NCBI GenBank assembly: GCA_037142615.1
Contig: JBAXAI010000012.1
Span: 34,066-98,065 of the forward strand
Length of the DNA: 64,000 nt
Reading direction: 5' to 3'
DNA from: Spirochaetales bacterium
GTDB lineage: Bacteria; Spirochaetota; Spirochaetia; JABEVK01
Shown here one piece after another: positions 29,795-37,315 of the stretch. The position numbers were made by a program, and so were the translations under genes. How positions within the stretch are numbered: position 1 is the stretch's first letter; each line of letters begins with the position of its first letter. Below the pieces are notes generated by a model. The model had not been told where the DNA came from, did no database searches, and saw only the letters and a program-made list of their open reading frames with translations.

Positions 29795-30537
29795 TAGTCT
29801 TTCCAGGGAAAAATCATGCCACGGAGGCTGCGCGGACCCAACCGATCGAGGTCCTCGGCAAGGATTTGCTTCCAGGGCAAGGGTTTCTTCTTGTCCCAGT
29901 CCGGGTTCTTCTCCATCCATTCGTAGCGGGTGAGCAGGAACCGGAACGCCACCTGCAACCAAACATGCACGCCGAGAATACCAGGAAAAAAGCCGAGCGT
30001 GACGACCGAGAGGCCCAGAAACAGCACGGTGAAGATGAACAGGATCAGCGACTGCAGAGGGTGGGCCATGAACAGCATGAAACTCTTGCGCGCCAGCGAC
30101 TTGAGATTACCCCCGACCTGCGCCTGAAGTCCCGAAAGGTACAAGCTCATCCCGAGCAGGAAGAACGCGCCCCAGAACATGACGGCGCCAAACCCCATGC
30201 CCGCCCACTGATTGAGCGCCGAGTAGAACGGCACACCGAACACGAAGCCGGTGCCCAGAAGAATCCAAACGACCGAAGTGGCCAGCGAAGTCTTCCACGA
30301 GGCCTTGAAGTGCGGCCAGGCGTCGCGCCAACGAAAGGCGCCAGAAACCACCAGGTCCTTGGCCCAGAAGCTCGCGATGCCGCCGAGCAGAAGGCACAAC
30401 GTCATCCCCAGAGGGAAGAACAGCGGCAATGCGCCGGTGCCCAGCAGGGCGGTGGTAAACAAAAAGTTGACCAAAAGGACCATGAACAGTTGGTCCCACA
30501 GGTCGAAGAACGCTTTTTTGATGGCGAAAGGAAACAT
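29794..30537 (-). CDS. Conserved membrane protein (DUF624/YesL-like)
   Basis: Multiple TM segments; family call tentative. Confidence 0.6.
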   Translation of the reverse strand: MFPFAIKKAFFDLWDQLFMVLLVNFLFTTALLGTGALPLFFPLGMTLCLLLGGIASFWAKDLVVSGAFRWRDAWPHFKASWKTSLATSVVWILLGTGFVFGVPFYSALNQWAGMGFGAVMFWGAFFLLGMSLYLSGLQAQVGGNLKSLARKSFMLFMAHPLQSLILFIFTVLFLGLSVVTLGFFPGILGVHVWLQVAFRFLLTRYEWMEKNPDWDKKKPLPWKQILAEDLDRLGPRSLRGMIFPWKD

Positions 30538-30546
30538 GTCGAGAGT

Positions 30547-31083
30547 CTACCCCAACCGACCGCTCGACAACAAGAACCGCCAGAAGGCCTGGAGCGACGG
30601 GAAAGCGAGGTCGGCGAGGTCGACGTCGCGGGGGTTCAGCCAGACGAGCCTCGTCACCTCGGCCGGGTCGATCACCAGTTCGTCGGGGGGCGTGACCAGT
30701 TCGGCTTGAAAGTAAAAGTCGCAGGTGTGGTACCACGCCTTGCCAAACGTGTACTGGTTGGGGAACGAGGCCAGCAACACAGGTGTGCCGACCTGGCCAC
30801 CGACTTCTTCGCGCACTTCGCGGGCCAAGGACTGCTCGGCACTTTCGCCGGGATCGGTGAAGCCCCCGGGTAGACCGAGTTTGCCCTTGGACGGTTCGAG
30901 GGCCCGTTCGATGAACAGGGCCTTGCCTTCGTGCATCAGAAGGGCTCCGACCGCCGTCGCGACGCTGTGAAAATAACGGAAGCCGCAGGCGGGGCACCGA
31001 AACTCGTGCTGGCGCAGGAACTCGATGCCTTTTTGGCCGCACGAGGGGCAGAAAGTGAACGGAGAAGGCCGGGGGGTTTGCAT
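30547..31083 (-). CDS. Zn-ribbon NUDIX hydrolase
   Basis: CPSCG..CPAC, Nudix box GFTDPGESAEQSLAREVREEVG. Confidence 0.9.
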   Translation of the reverse strand: MQTPRPSPFTFCPSCGQKGIEFLRQHEFRCPACGFRYFHSVATAVGALLMHEGKALFIERALEPSKGKLGLPGGFTDPGESAEQSLAREVREEVGGQVGTPVLLASFPNQYTFGKAWYHTCDFYFQAELVTPPDELVIDPAEVTRLVWLNPRDVDLADLAFPSLQAFWRFLLSSGRLG

Positions 31084-31100
31084 GGCCAGAGTGTAGCGCC

Positions 31101-31166
31101 TTGACCTGCCCTTGAACAACATTTGAACTCCCTTTGAACCCCAGTGACGTTTAACCCTGCTAACGT
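31101..31166 (+). promoter_or_regulatory. OmpR/PhoB-type tandem box plus -10 for the Msp-like gene
   Basis: TTGACC/TTGAAC at 31101, 31112, 31123, 31134 (11-bp period); TGcTAACGT at 31158-31166. Confidence 0.72.
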
Positions 31167-31198
31167 GAATCCAACATATTTTTTTTGGAGGATTCTGC

Positions 31199-32473
31199 AT
31201 GAAACGAATTGTTCTTGCCTTTCTTGCCGTCGCGTTGACCGGAGTCGGCGCCTTTGCCGACGACGCGGCCAATGCTGCAACGCTTACGGTGCCGTCGCCC
31301 CTGACCGCCGCCATTACCGCCGACGGATACGTCCAGGCGGGCGTGGATCTCGACAAGGGAACCTTCGGTTTCTCGAACGGCTATGACTTCGGCTTCACGT
31401 TCAACCTGCTGCCCGGAACCGGCGTCGCACACGGTGACGGCACCATGACCGGTACCCTCAGCGTCAGCGCGATCCGCTTGTTCCATTACGACGGCGTTGG
31501 TCTTTCCGCGGGTGACCCGGGCAACGGCCTTGCAGGCACCGCTCCTACCGTCCTCGCCAGCATCGGCGACGTGGTGGCCAAGCTCGTGATCGGTGACCTC
31601 TGGATCCAGCTCGGTGACAACGGCGCCGGACCCGGTGCGAGCGTCAACTACCAGCCCGGTTTGGCCAACGATTCGGGCTTCCTCACCAGCGACGACACCT
31701 TCTACACCTACAGTGGTGTCTACGGCGGATCCTCGACCGAGTACGGCTTGTCGACCAAGGGTGCAATTGACCCTTCGGCCGCCGCCAAGGGACTTAGCTT
31801 TGGCTACACCCTGCCTAACCTCGTCGGTCTGACTGGTTCGGTGGCCTCGCTCAACGATTGGAAGACTGCGGGCACCAACGTGTACGAAGTCAAGGGCGAA
31901 GCCAGCGTGCTCGTCGACTCCAACCTGACACTGGTTGCCGCCTACGCCATGTCGACCGCCGCCAGCAGCGATGCCGGCGTGGGAATCAAGGCTGGCTACA
32001 ACGTGGGTATTCTGAGCCCCCTGGTCGGTGTTGACTTCAACCTCACAACCTCGAAGTACTCGGCCGTTGTCGGTTCCAAGGCCGCGCTGGTCAAGGACCT
32101 GCTCAACCTGGCCGCCTACGCCCAGTACGACGCCACCGGCGCCGCCGCTGTGGCTAACGCCGCCGCCAGCCTCGAAGTGACCGCCGCTCCCCTTGGACTC
32201 AAGGTAGCGACCCAGTTGACCGACCTGACCGGAACCCTCAAGGACACCATCAACGCCCAGCTGACCTTCGCTGCCACCCCTGACATCGGCGTCTGGGCAA
32301 AGATGTCGTTCGACAACCTCGGTGCTTCCAATGCCCTGTTCGCCAAGGCCGGTGTCGATATCGCAAAGCTCTTGCCTATGACCACCCTCTCGCTCGAGTA
32401 CGACTCGAACGACCTGATGGGAACCAGCGCCATTCTGGGCGAAGTGTTCACCACCCTCAAGGTGACCTACTAA
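31199..32473 (+). CDS. Outer-membrane beta-barrel protein, spirochaete Msp-like
   Basis: Signal peptide; GYVQAGVDLDKGTFGFSN resembles the Msp N-terminus; amphipathic strands ending LKVTY; GGAGG RBS. Confidence 0.72.
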   Translation: MKRIVLAFLAVALTGVGAFADDAANAATLTVPSPLTAAITADGYVQAGVDLDKGTFGFSNGYDFGFTFNLLPGTGVAHGDGTMTGTLSVSAIRLFHYDGVGLSAGDPGNGLAGTAPTVLASIGDVVAKLVIGDLWIQLGDNGAGPGASVNYQPGLANDSGFLTSDDTFYTYSGVYGGSSTEYGLSTKGAIDPSAAAKGLSFGYTLPNLVGLTGSVASLNDWKTAGTNVYEVKGEASVLVDSNLTLVAAYAMSTAASSDAGVGIKAGYNVGILSPLVGVDFNLTTSKYSAVVGSKAALVKDLLNLAAYAQYDATGAAAVANAAASLEVTAAPLGLKVATQLTDLTGTLKDTINAQLTFAATPDIGVWAKMSFDNLGASNALFAKAGVDIAKLLPMTTLSLEYDSNDLMGTSAILGEVFTTLKVTY

Positions 32474-32497
32474 GCCTGACCCTTCTCGCGGAGAAGT

Positions 32498-32529
32498 GGG
32501 CTGGTCCTGTGGGGCCAGCCCTTTTCTTT
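32498..32529 (+). terminator. Intrinsic terminator after the Msp-like gene
   Basis: GGGCTGGTCC-tgtg-GGGCCAGCCC followed by TTTTCTTT. Confidence 0.8.
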
Positions 32530-32549
32530 GTCCGGAAACGACTTGGTAT

Positions 32550-32614
32550 TTAACCTGCATTTGACCTGACGTTGAACTAGCCATAACCCGACGTAACCGG
32601 GCGTGCGCTAGGAT
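32550..32614 (+). promoter_or_regulatory. OmpR/PhoB-type tandem box plus -10 for the candidate sRNA
   Basis: TTAACC 32550, TTGACC 32561, TTGAAC 32572, ATAACC 32583; TAGGAT at 32609. Confidence 0.68.
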
Positions 32615-32620
32615 GTCTCT

Positions 32621-32721
32621 AGAAGTGCGAGAGTGCTGAAGCCCGTGGGTCTGGAGCGACCGTTCCCAAGGGCAGCAACACACAGCGGTTCAGGGAGGCA
32701 GACGTGCCTCCCCTTTTTTTT
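32621..32721 (+). ncRNA. Candidate ~100-nt small RNA
   Basis: Own promoter, no credible ORF or RBS, ends in GGGAGGCA-gacg-TGCCTCCC plus a T-tract. Confidence 0.55.
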
Positions 32722-32840
32722 GGGCCTTCGCTAACACAACCAGTGGTCTAATGACGCGCCGACCTCTTGCGTCTGGCTGCGCCTCGTCCTCGCCAGACCC
32801 AAGACTTCGTCGTGAAGCCCCAAAAAAAATCTTGCCCCCC

Positions 32841-33385
32841 GTCAAGGCGCAGCCGAAGACACCAGTACGCCCGCCAAAGGTGTTGGACGCAGGTCAAGGC
32901 GCAGCCGAAGACACCAAAGTGCCCGCCAAAGGCGCCCGACGCAGGTCAAGGCGCAGCCGAAGACACCAGTGTGCCCACAAAAGGGCCACGACGCAGGTCA
33001 AGGCGCAGCCGAAGACACCAGCATGCCCGTCAAAGGGGCCACGACGCGGGTCAAGGCGCAGCCGAAGACACCAGCATGCCCGCCAAAGGCGCCCGACGCA
33101 GGTCAAGGCGCAGCCGAAGACACCAGTACGCCCACAAAAGGGCCATGACGCGGGTCAAGGCGCAGCCGAAGACACCAGTATGCCCGTCTAAGGCGCCCGA
33201 CGCGGGTCGAGGCGCAGCCGAAGATACCAAAGTGCCCGCCAAAGGTGTTGGACGCCGGTCAAGGCGCAGCCGAAGACACCAAAGTGCCCGCCAAAGGTGT
33301 TGGACGCCGGTCAAGGCGCAGCCGAAGACACCAAAGTGCCCGCCAAAAGGGTTTGACGCGGGTCGAGGCGCAGCCGAAGACACCA
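32841..33385 (+). repeat. Tandem array of 11 ~52-bp units with a conserved hairpin core
   Basis: GTC(A/G)AGGCGCAGCCGAAGA(C/T)ACCA starts at 32841, 32893, 32945, 32997, 33050, 33102, 33154, 33206, 33258, 33310, 33362. Confidence 0.95.
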
Positions 33386-33420
33386 GTGTGCACCGAGTAG
33401 GCCCTTCCGGGGTGGTGAGT

Positions 33421-33545
33421 GCCCTAGCGCGAGTTCTCCGGTTTGGCTAAGTCGAGGGGGCGCGAGTACCGCAGCATAGCGGCAGCTATGTGAGGACACG
33501 GAGCGTCCCCGAGACGACGCCAAACCGGAGAAATCGCGCTAGGGC
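33421..33545. repeat. 125-bp imperfect palindrome (family B, copy 1)
   Basis: Arms GCCCTAGCGCGA-g-TTCTCCGGTTTGGC / GCCAAACCGGAGAA-a-TCGCGCTAGGGC. Confidence 0.85.
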
Positions 33546-34258
33546 TGGAAGACGTAGCCGATGCCACGGACGGTGGTAATATACCCCTCTGCGTTCGACA
33601 CCGTTCTCAGTTTCTTGCGCAGCCAAGCCACGTGCACGTACACGGTGCGCGAGGTCACGAGAGCCTCGTAGCCCCAGGCCAGGCTGAGAATCTTGTCGGT
33701 ACCGAGCACCTCGTGGGGATGTTCCACAAACAGGCACAAAAGGCGGAACTCCTGATGCGAAAGGGGGACGATTTTGCCGGAACGCAACAGGTGTCCACTT
33801 TTGTAGTGCAGAACGAACTCACCAAAGACCGTGTCAGCCTTGGTGGTGTCGAGCCAGTTCTTCTCAAGGGGCAAGGGGGCATCGGTGGTGGCGGGTCCCC
33901 GGCGGAGGTGGGCCTCAATCCGCGCCAAGAACTCGTCGTACTCGAAAGGTTTGGTGATGTAGTCGTCGGCACCGCCGCGCAACCCTTCAACCCGGTCGGC
34001 AAGCGAGTCCTTGGCCGAAACGATCATGATGGGCACCGAAGAGCCCGTTTCGCGAAGTTGGCGGATGATGCGCTCGCCGCCGAAGCCGGGCAACATCAGG
34101 TCGATCAGCAGCAGGTCCCAGACCTTGCTGCGCGCCGCCTCCCACCCGCTGGGTCCATCGTAACACGAGGAGAACTCGTACCCCAACGAAGTCAAGCGAT
34201 CGCCCACGGCCATGACAAGGCTCCTCGTGTCTTCCACCATCAGGATTCTTTTGCCCAT
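33539..34258 (-). CDS. OmpR-family response regulator
   Basis: ILMVED, DLMLPG, GADDYITKPF, VHVAWLRKKL, TVRGIGY. Confidence 0.95.
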   Translation of the reverse strand: MGKRILMVEDTRSLVMAVGDRLTSLGYEFSSCYDGPSGWEAARSKVWDLLLIDLMLPGFGGERIIRQLRETGSSVPIMIVSAKDSLADRVEGLRGGADDYITKPFEYDEFLARIEAHLRRGPATTDAPLPLEKNWLDTTKADTVFGEFVLHYKSGHLLRSGKIVPLSHQEFRLLCLFVEHPHEVLGTDKILSLAWGYEALVTSRTVYVHVAWLRKKLRTVSNAEGYITTVRGIGYVFQP

Positions 34259-34263
34259 AGAGG

Positions 34264-34306
34264 ATTCTATCCACGGTGTGTCCCCTTGAGGTCAAATCGA
34301 GGTTAA
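34264..34306 (-). promoter_or_regulatory. Tandem box plus -10 for the response regulator
   Basis: Minus strand TTAACC (34306), TTGACC (34295), TAGAAT (34269); ATG 5 nt later. Confidence 0.65.
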
Positions 34307-34357
34307 ATCGGCACTCCTGCTCTCGAAACCTTGACAGTGAGCCACTATACCAAGGCA

Positions 34358-36076
34358 ATGAGAGTTATGCCGCTCGCCAACGCGCGCTCCTCGTTCGTTT
34401 TCGTTCCTGTTCTTGCCGTCTTGGCTCTGGCGTCGCTTGTCCTGTTCAATTCGCTCGAAACCGAGTCGCAAGCCGAGAACGCCCGTCAGTTGCACTTCAT
34501 GAAGACCGCAGCGTTCCAGGTTGTCGACGACCTGGGCTACGAGTTATTCAGCATGGTGTCGGCGTTCAGCTTCGACCTGAATACCCAGATCGCTGACGGG
34601 ACCGTGATCACCCGCGACACACTGACCGCCGCGGTGGCTCGTTACCGGGCCCAAGCCCGTTTTCCGTCACTGTTTGAAGAGCTTGCCTGTCTGGAGCGGA
34701 CCGGACCCGGCACCTACCGTTTCGACAGCTGGAACGACTCGGGCTGGGTCACCGACTATCGGCCCAGCTGGGCCGAAAACATGGTGGTGCCGCCCCAAGA
34801 CGGGGGTCGACCAGAAAGCACACCTCCCAGCGACAACACCTTTTCGCTCGACCGGCCCGTGTTGACCGTGTACCTTCGCAACCGCAGGGCGCAGGTGGGT
34901 GAAGTGATTGCCATCACGCTGCGCTTCCGGCCGCAAACGGTGATCGGCACCATCGTCCCCGCGCTTGTGAGTCAGAGGTTTTCCGAAAGCAACGGCGCCA
35001 GCCCCTACATCGCCAACATCATCTACAGTCCGGCGACAACCTCGGGCGACAGCATCCCGGTCGACTGGAGGGTGCCGCTGTTGCCGTGGACCCCCTTTGA
35101 AGGCTGGTTCGACTACTACGTGAAGCGGATCTCGGCGCTCCAACCGTCTCGGACTGCCTTTGATCGGCTTGCCCAACAGCCTGTGGGCGCCAAGACAGAG
35201 GGTACAGGTTGGAACCTCGAGGTGAGTCGCCTTCCCGGGGGACTGCTGGAAGAATTGATCGGTTTCCGGTGGCGGAACGGCGCCCTTTCCCTGGGCTTCT
35301 TTCTCGTGCTGGGCCTTGGCTTTCTGGGCTTGTACCTCACAACGAGGCAGACCAGGTTGCACGAACATCAGGTGCGGACGTTTCTGGCCCTGGTATCGCA
35401 TGAGCTGAAGACACCGCTGGCGGTGGTTCAGTCGCTGGCCGACAACCTTTCGCGCGGCATAGGCACCGATGAAGCGCGTGCCAGGGAGTACGGGGTGGTA
35501 CTGCGCCAAGAAAGCGACCGACTGGGACGCATGGTGAACAACATCCTCGGTCTGACGGCCATCCAAGGCGGGATTTCGCCCCGCGACAGGTGCCCGATCG
35601 AGGTGTCGGCTCTAGTGAAAGATCGTTTGGCCTGTGAGCCTGACCTGCAAGACCAAGCCGCAGACCTCACAGTCAACACCGAGTTTCCGACCGACCTGCC
35701 GCTCGTGCTGGGCCACCACACGGCCTTGTCGGCGGCGATCGACAACCTGGTCGGCAACGCCTTCCGCCACGGCACACTGGGTCCGGGCCCCCACCTGGTG
35801 GAACTCCGGTTGCGGAGCCAACACCGTCTCGGTCGGCGAGGGGTTTCATTCTCGGTGCGCGACAACGGGCCCGGCTTCACGCGGCGGGAAGGGCGCCGGT
35901 TCCGTCGTCCGTTCCGGCGGGGTCAGCGTGCCAGCCAGGAACAGACCCCTGGCAGCGGCGTTGGTCTCAGCCTTGTGTACTCCACGGCCGAAAGCCTGGG
36001 CGGTCACCTGAGCTGGAAGTCGCAGGCCGGTCGTGGCAGCCAGTTCGTCCTGTGGCTGCCGGCGGTGGTCAAGTGA
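34358..36076 (+). CDS. Membrane sensor histidine kinase
   Basis: Two TM helices, SHELKTPL, NLVGNA, DNGPG, GSGVGL. Confidence 0.93.
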   Translation: MRVMPLANARSSFVFVPVLAVLALASLVLFNSLETESQAENARQLHFMKTAAFQVVDDLGYELFSMVSAFSFDLNTQIADGTVITRDTLTAAVARYRAQARFPSLFEELACLERTGPGTYRFDSWNDSGWVTDYRPSWAENMVVPPQDGGRPESTPPSDNTFSLDRPVLTVYLRNRRAQVGEVIAITLRFRPQTVIGTIVPALVSQRFSESNGASPYIANIIYSPATTSGDSIPVDWRVPLLPWTPFEGWFDYYVKRISALQPSRTAFDRLAQQPVGAKTEGTGWNLEVSRLPGGLLEELIGFRWRNGALSLGFFLVLGLGFLGLYLTTRQTRLHEHQVRTFLALVSHELKTPLAVVQSLADNLSRGIGTDEARAREYGVVLRQESDRLGRMVNNILGLTAIQGGISPRDRCPIEVSALVKDRLACEPDLQDQAADLTVNTEFPTDLPLVLGHHTALSAAIDNLVGNAFRHGTLGPGPHLVELRLRSQHRLGRRGVSFSVRDNGPGFTRREGRRFRRPFRRGQRASQEQTPGSGVGLSLVYSTAESLGGHLSWKSQAGRGSQFVLWLPAVVK

Positions 36077-36771
36077 CCCCGGCACCCAAACGCATTTTGA
36101 TGATCGAAGACGAGCGGGGCCTGGTGCTGTCGGTGAGCGACCGGCTTCGCAGCGAAGGCTACCAAGTGTTTGCCGAAACCCGCGGAGACAGCGGCTTGCA
36201 GCGGGCGTTGGCCGAGGAGTGGGACCTCTTTTTGATCGATGTGATGCTCCCCGGCGTCGATGGCTTCGAGATCGTCAAACGCCTTCGCCAGGCCAAAATC
36301 ACCACGCCGGCCCTGTTGGTGACCGCGCGAGAACAGGTGGTCGACCGCGTTTCGGGCCTGCGCCTCGGGGCCGATGACTACCTGGTCAAACCCTTTGCCA
36401 TGGACGAGTTGGTCGCCCGCATCGAAAACCAGATTCGCCGGTTGGTAACCATGCCGGGCCCGAGCACGCCGAGCCAACGGGTCTTTGGACCCTACGTGTT
36501 CGACCCGGTAAAAGCCGGCGTGTTTGTCGAAGGCGAGCGCGTCACCATGACCCACCAGGAGTTCCTGCTGCTCAAGGTGCTCATCGAACACGAGGGGCAA
36601 GTGGTGGAGCCCGCCAAGCTGCTCGACCTGGCCTGGGGTTACGGCAGCGAGGTTACCTCGCGAACCCTGTACGTCCATATGTCTTGGTTGCGTCAGAAAT
36701 TAAAAATCCCCGACCGCAAGGATGGACCCATCCAGACGGTGCGGGGCTTCGGCTACCTGTTCGTCGGCTAG
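36073..36771 (+). CDS. OmpR-family response regulator
   Basis: ILMIED, DVMLPG, GADDYLVKPF, TVRGFGY; GTG overlaps the kinase stop. Confidence 0.93.
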   Translation: MTPAPKRILMIEDERGLVLSVSDRLRSEGYQVFAETRGDSGLQRALAEEWDLFLIDVMLPGVDGFEIVKRLRQAKITTPALLVTAREQVVDRVSGLRLGADDYLVKPFAMDELVARIENQIRRLVTMPGPSTPSQRVFGPYVFDPVKAGVFVEGERVTMTHQEFLLLKVLIEHEGQVVEPAKLLDLAWGYGSEVTSRTLYVHMSWLRQKLKIPDRKDGPIQTVRGFGYLFVG

Positions 36772-36783
36772 AGTGTGCCGGGT

Positions 36784-37200
36784 CTAGCTGCGGTCTTCGG
36801 GACCGTCGATGCCCATCGTCCAAATGTTGCGCCCGATTCGCATGCTCGCAAACTCGGTTTCACCGCGCACCAGCGACGCCTTGAGCAACGGATTGATCAG
36901 GGCCGTCAGCGAAGCGCGGTTGTTGGTGTCGTTCACCAGCGTGTCGATGGCGTCCTTGTAGGTTACGGCGACCGAGGCCAGCGGGGCGTCGATCTTGTCG
37001 CCGTCAACTCCATGGGCAGTGAACCATGCGCGGATCGCGTCGGCGGGCGAAACCTCGATGGTGCCGAGGGTTGTCTGGTCGTTTGTGTGGCCGTACGTGG
37101 TCACCAAACGGTAGTTTTCCGCATTGCCCTGAGCGAACGCCATTCCAGCAGCGCTGGTGACCAGCAGGGTTGCAAGTGCCAATTTCTTGAAGGTTTTCAT
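36784..37200 (-). CDS. Small secreted hypothetical protein
   Basis: Signal peptide ending AFA; strong RBS AGGAGGAAGG. Confidence 0.75.
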   Translation of the reverse strand: MKTFKKLALATLLVTSAAGMAFAQGNAENYRLVTTYGHTNDQTTLGTIEVSPADAIRAWFTAHGVDGDKIDAPLASVAVTYKDAIDTLVNDTNNRASLTALINPLLKASLVRGETEFASMRIGRNIWTMGIDGPEDRS

Positions 37201-37220
37201 GTTTCCTTCCTCCTGAGTCC

Positions 37221-37285
37221 AAGCTAGTTCTTCCGCGCTGGAGCAAGGTCAAACGACAGCTAAACGTAGGTCAAAGGCCGGTCAA
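37221..37285 (-). promoter_or_regulatory. Tandem box plus -10 for the small secreted protein gene
   Basis: Plus-strand GGTCAA at 37247, 37269, 37280 and AGCTAA at 37258 (11-bp period); minus-strand TAGCTT at 37226. Confidence 0.68.
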
Positions 37286-37315
37286 ATGCGCTAGACTGAA
37301 GAGCGGAGGTCACCC

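Noticed and set aside
32841-33385. CRISPR array
   Set aside because: Linkers are only ~21 bp, clearly related to each other and partly identical; no cas genes are in the window.
32751-33523. ORFs spanning the 52-bp array
   Set aside because: All frames cycle through the same three low-complexity peptides because the period is not a multiple of 3; no RBS is present.
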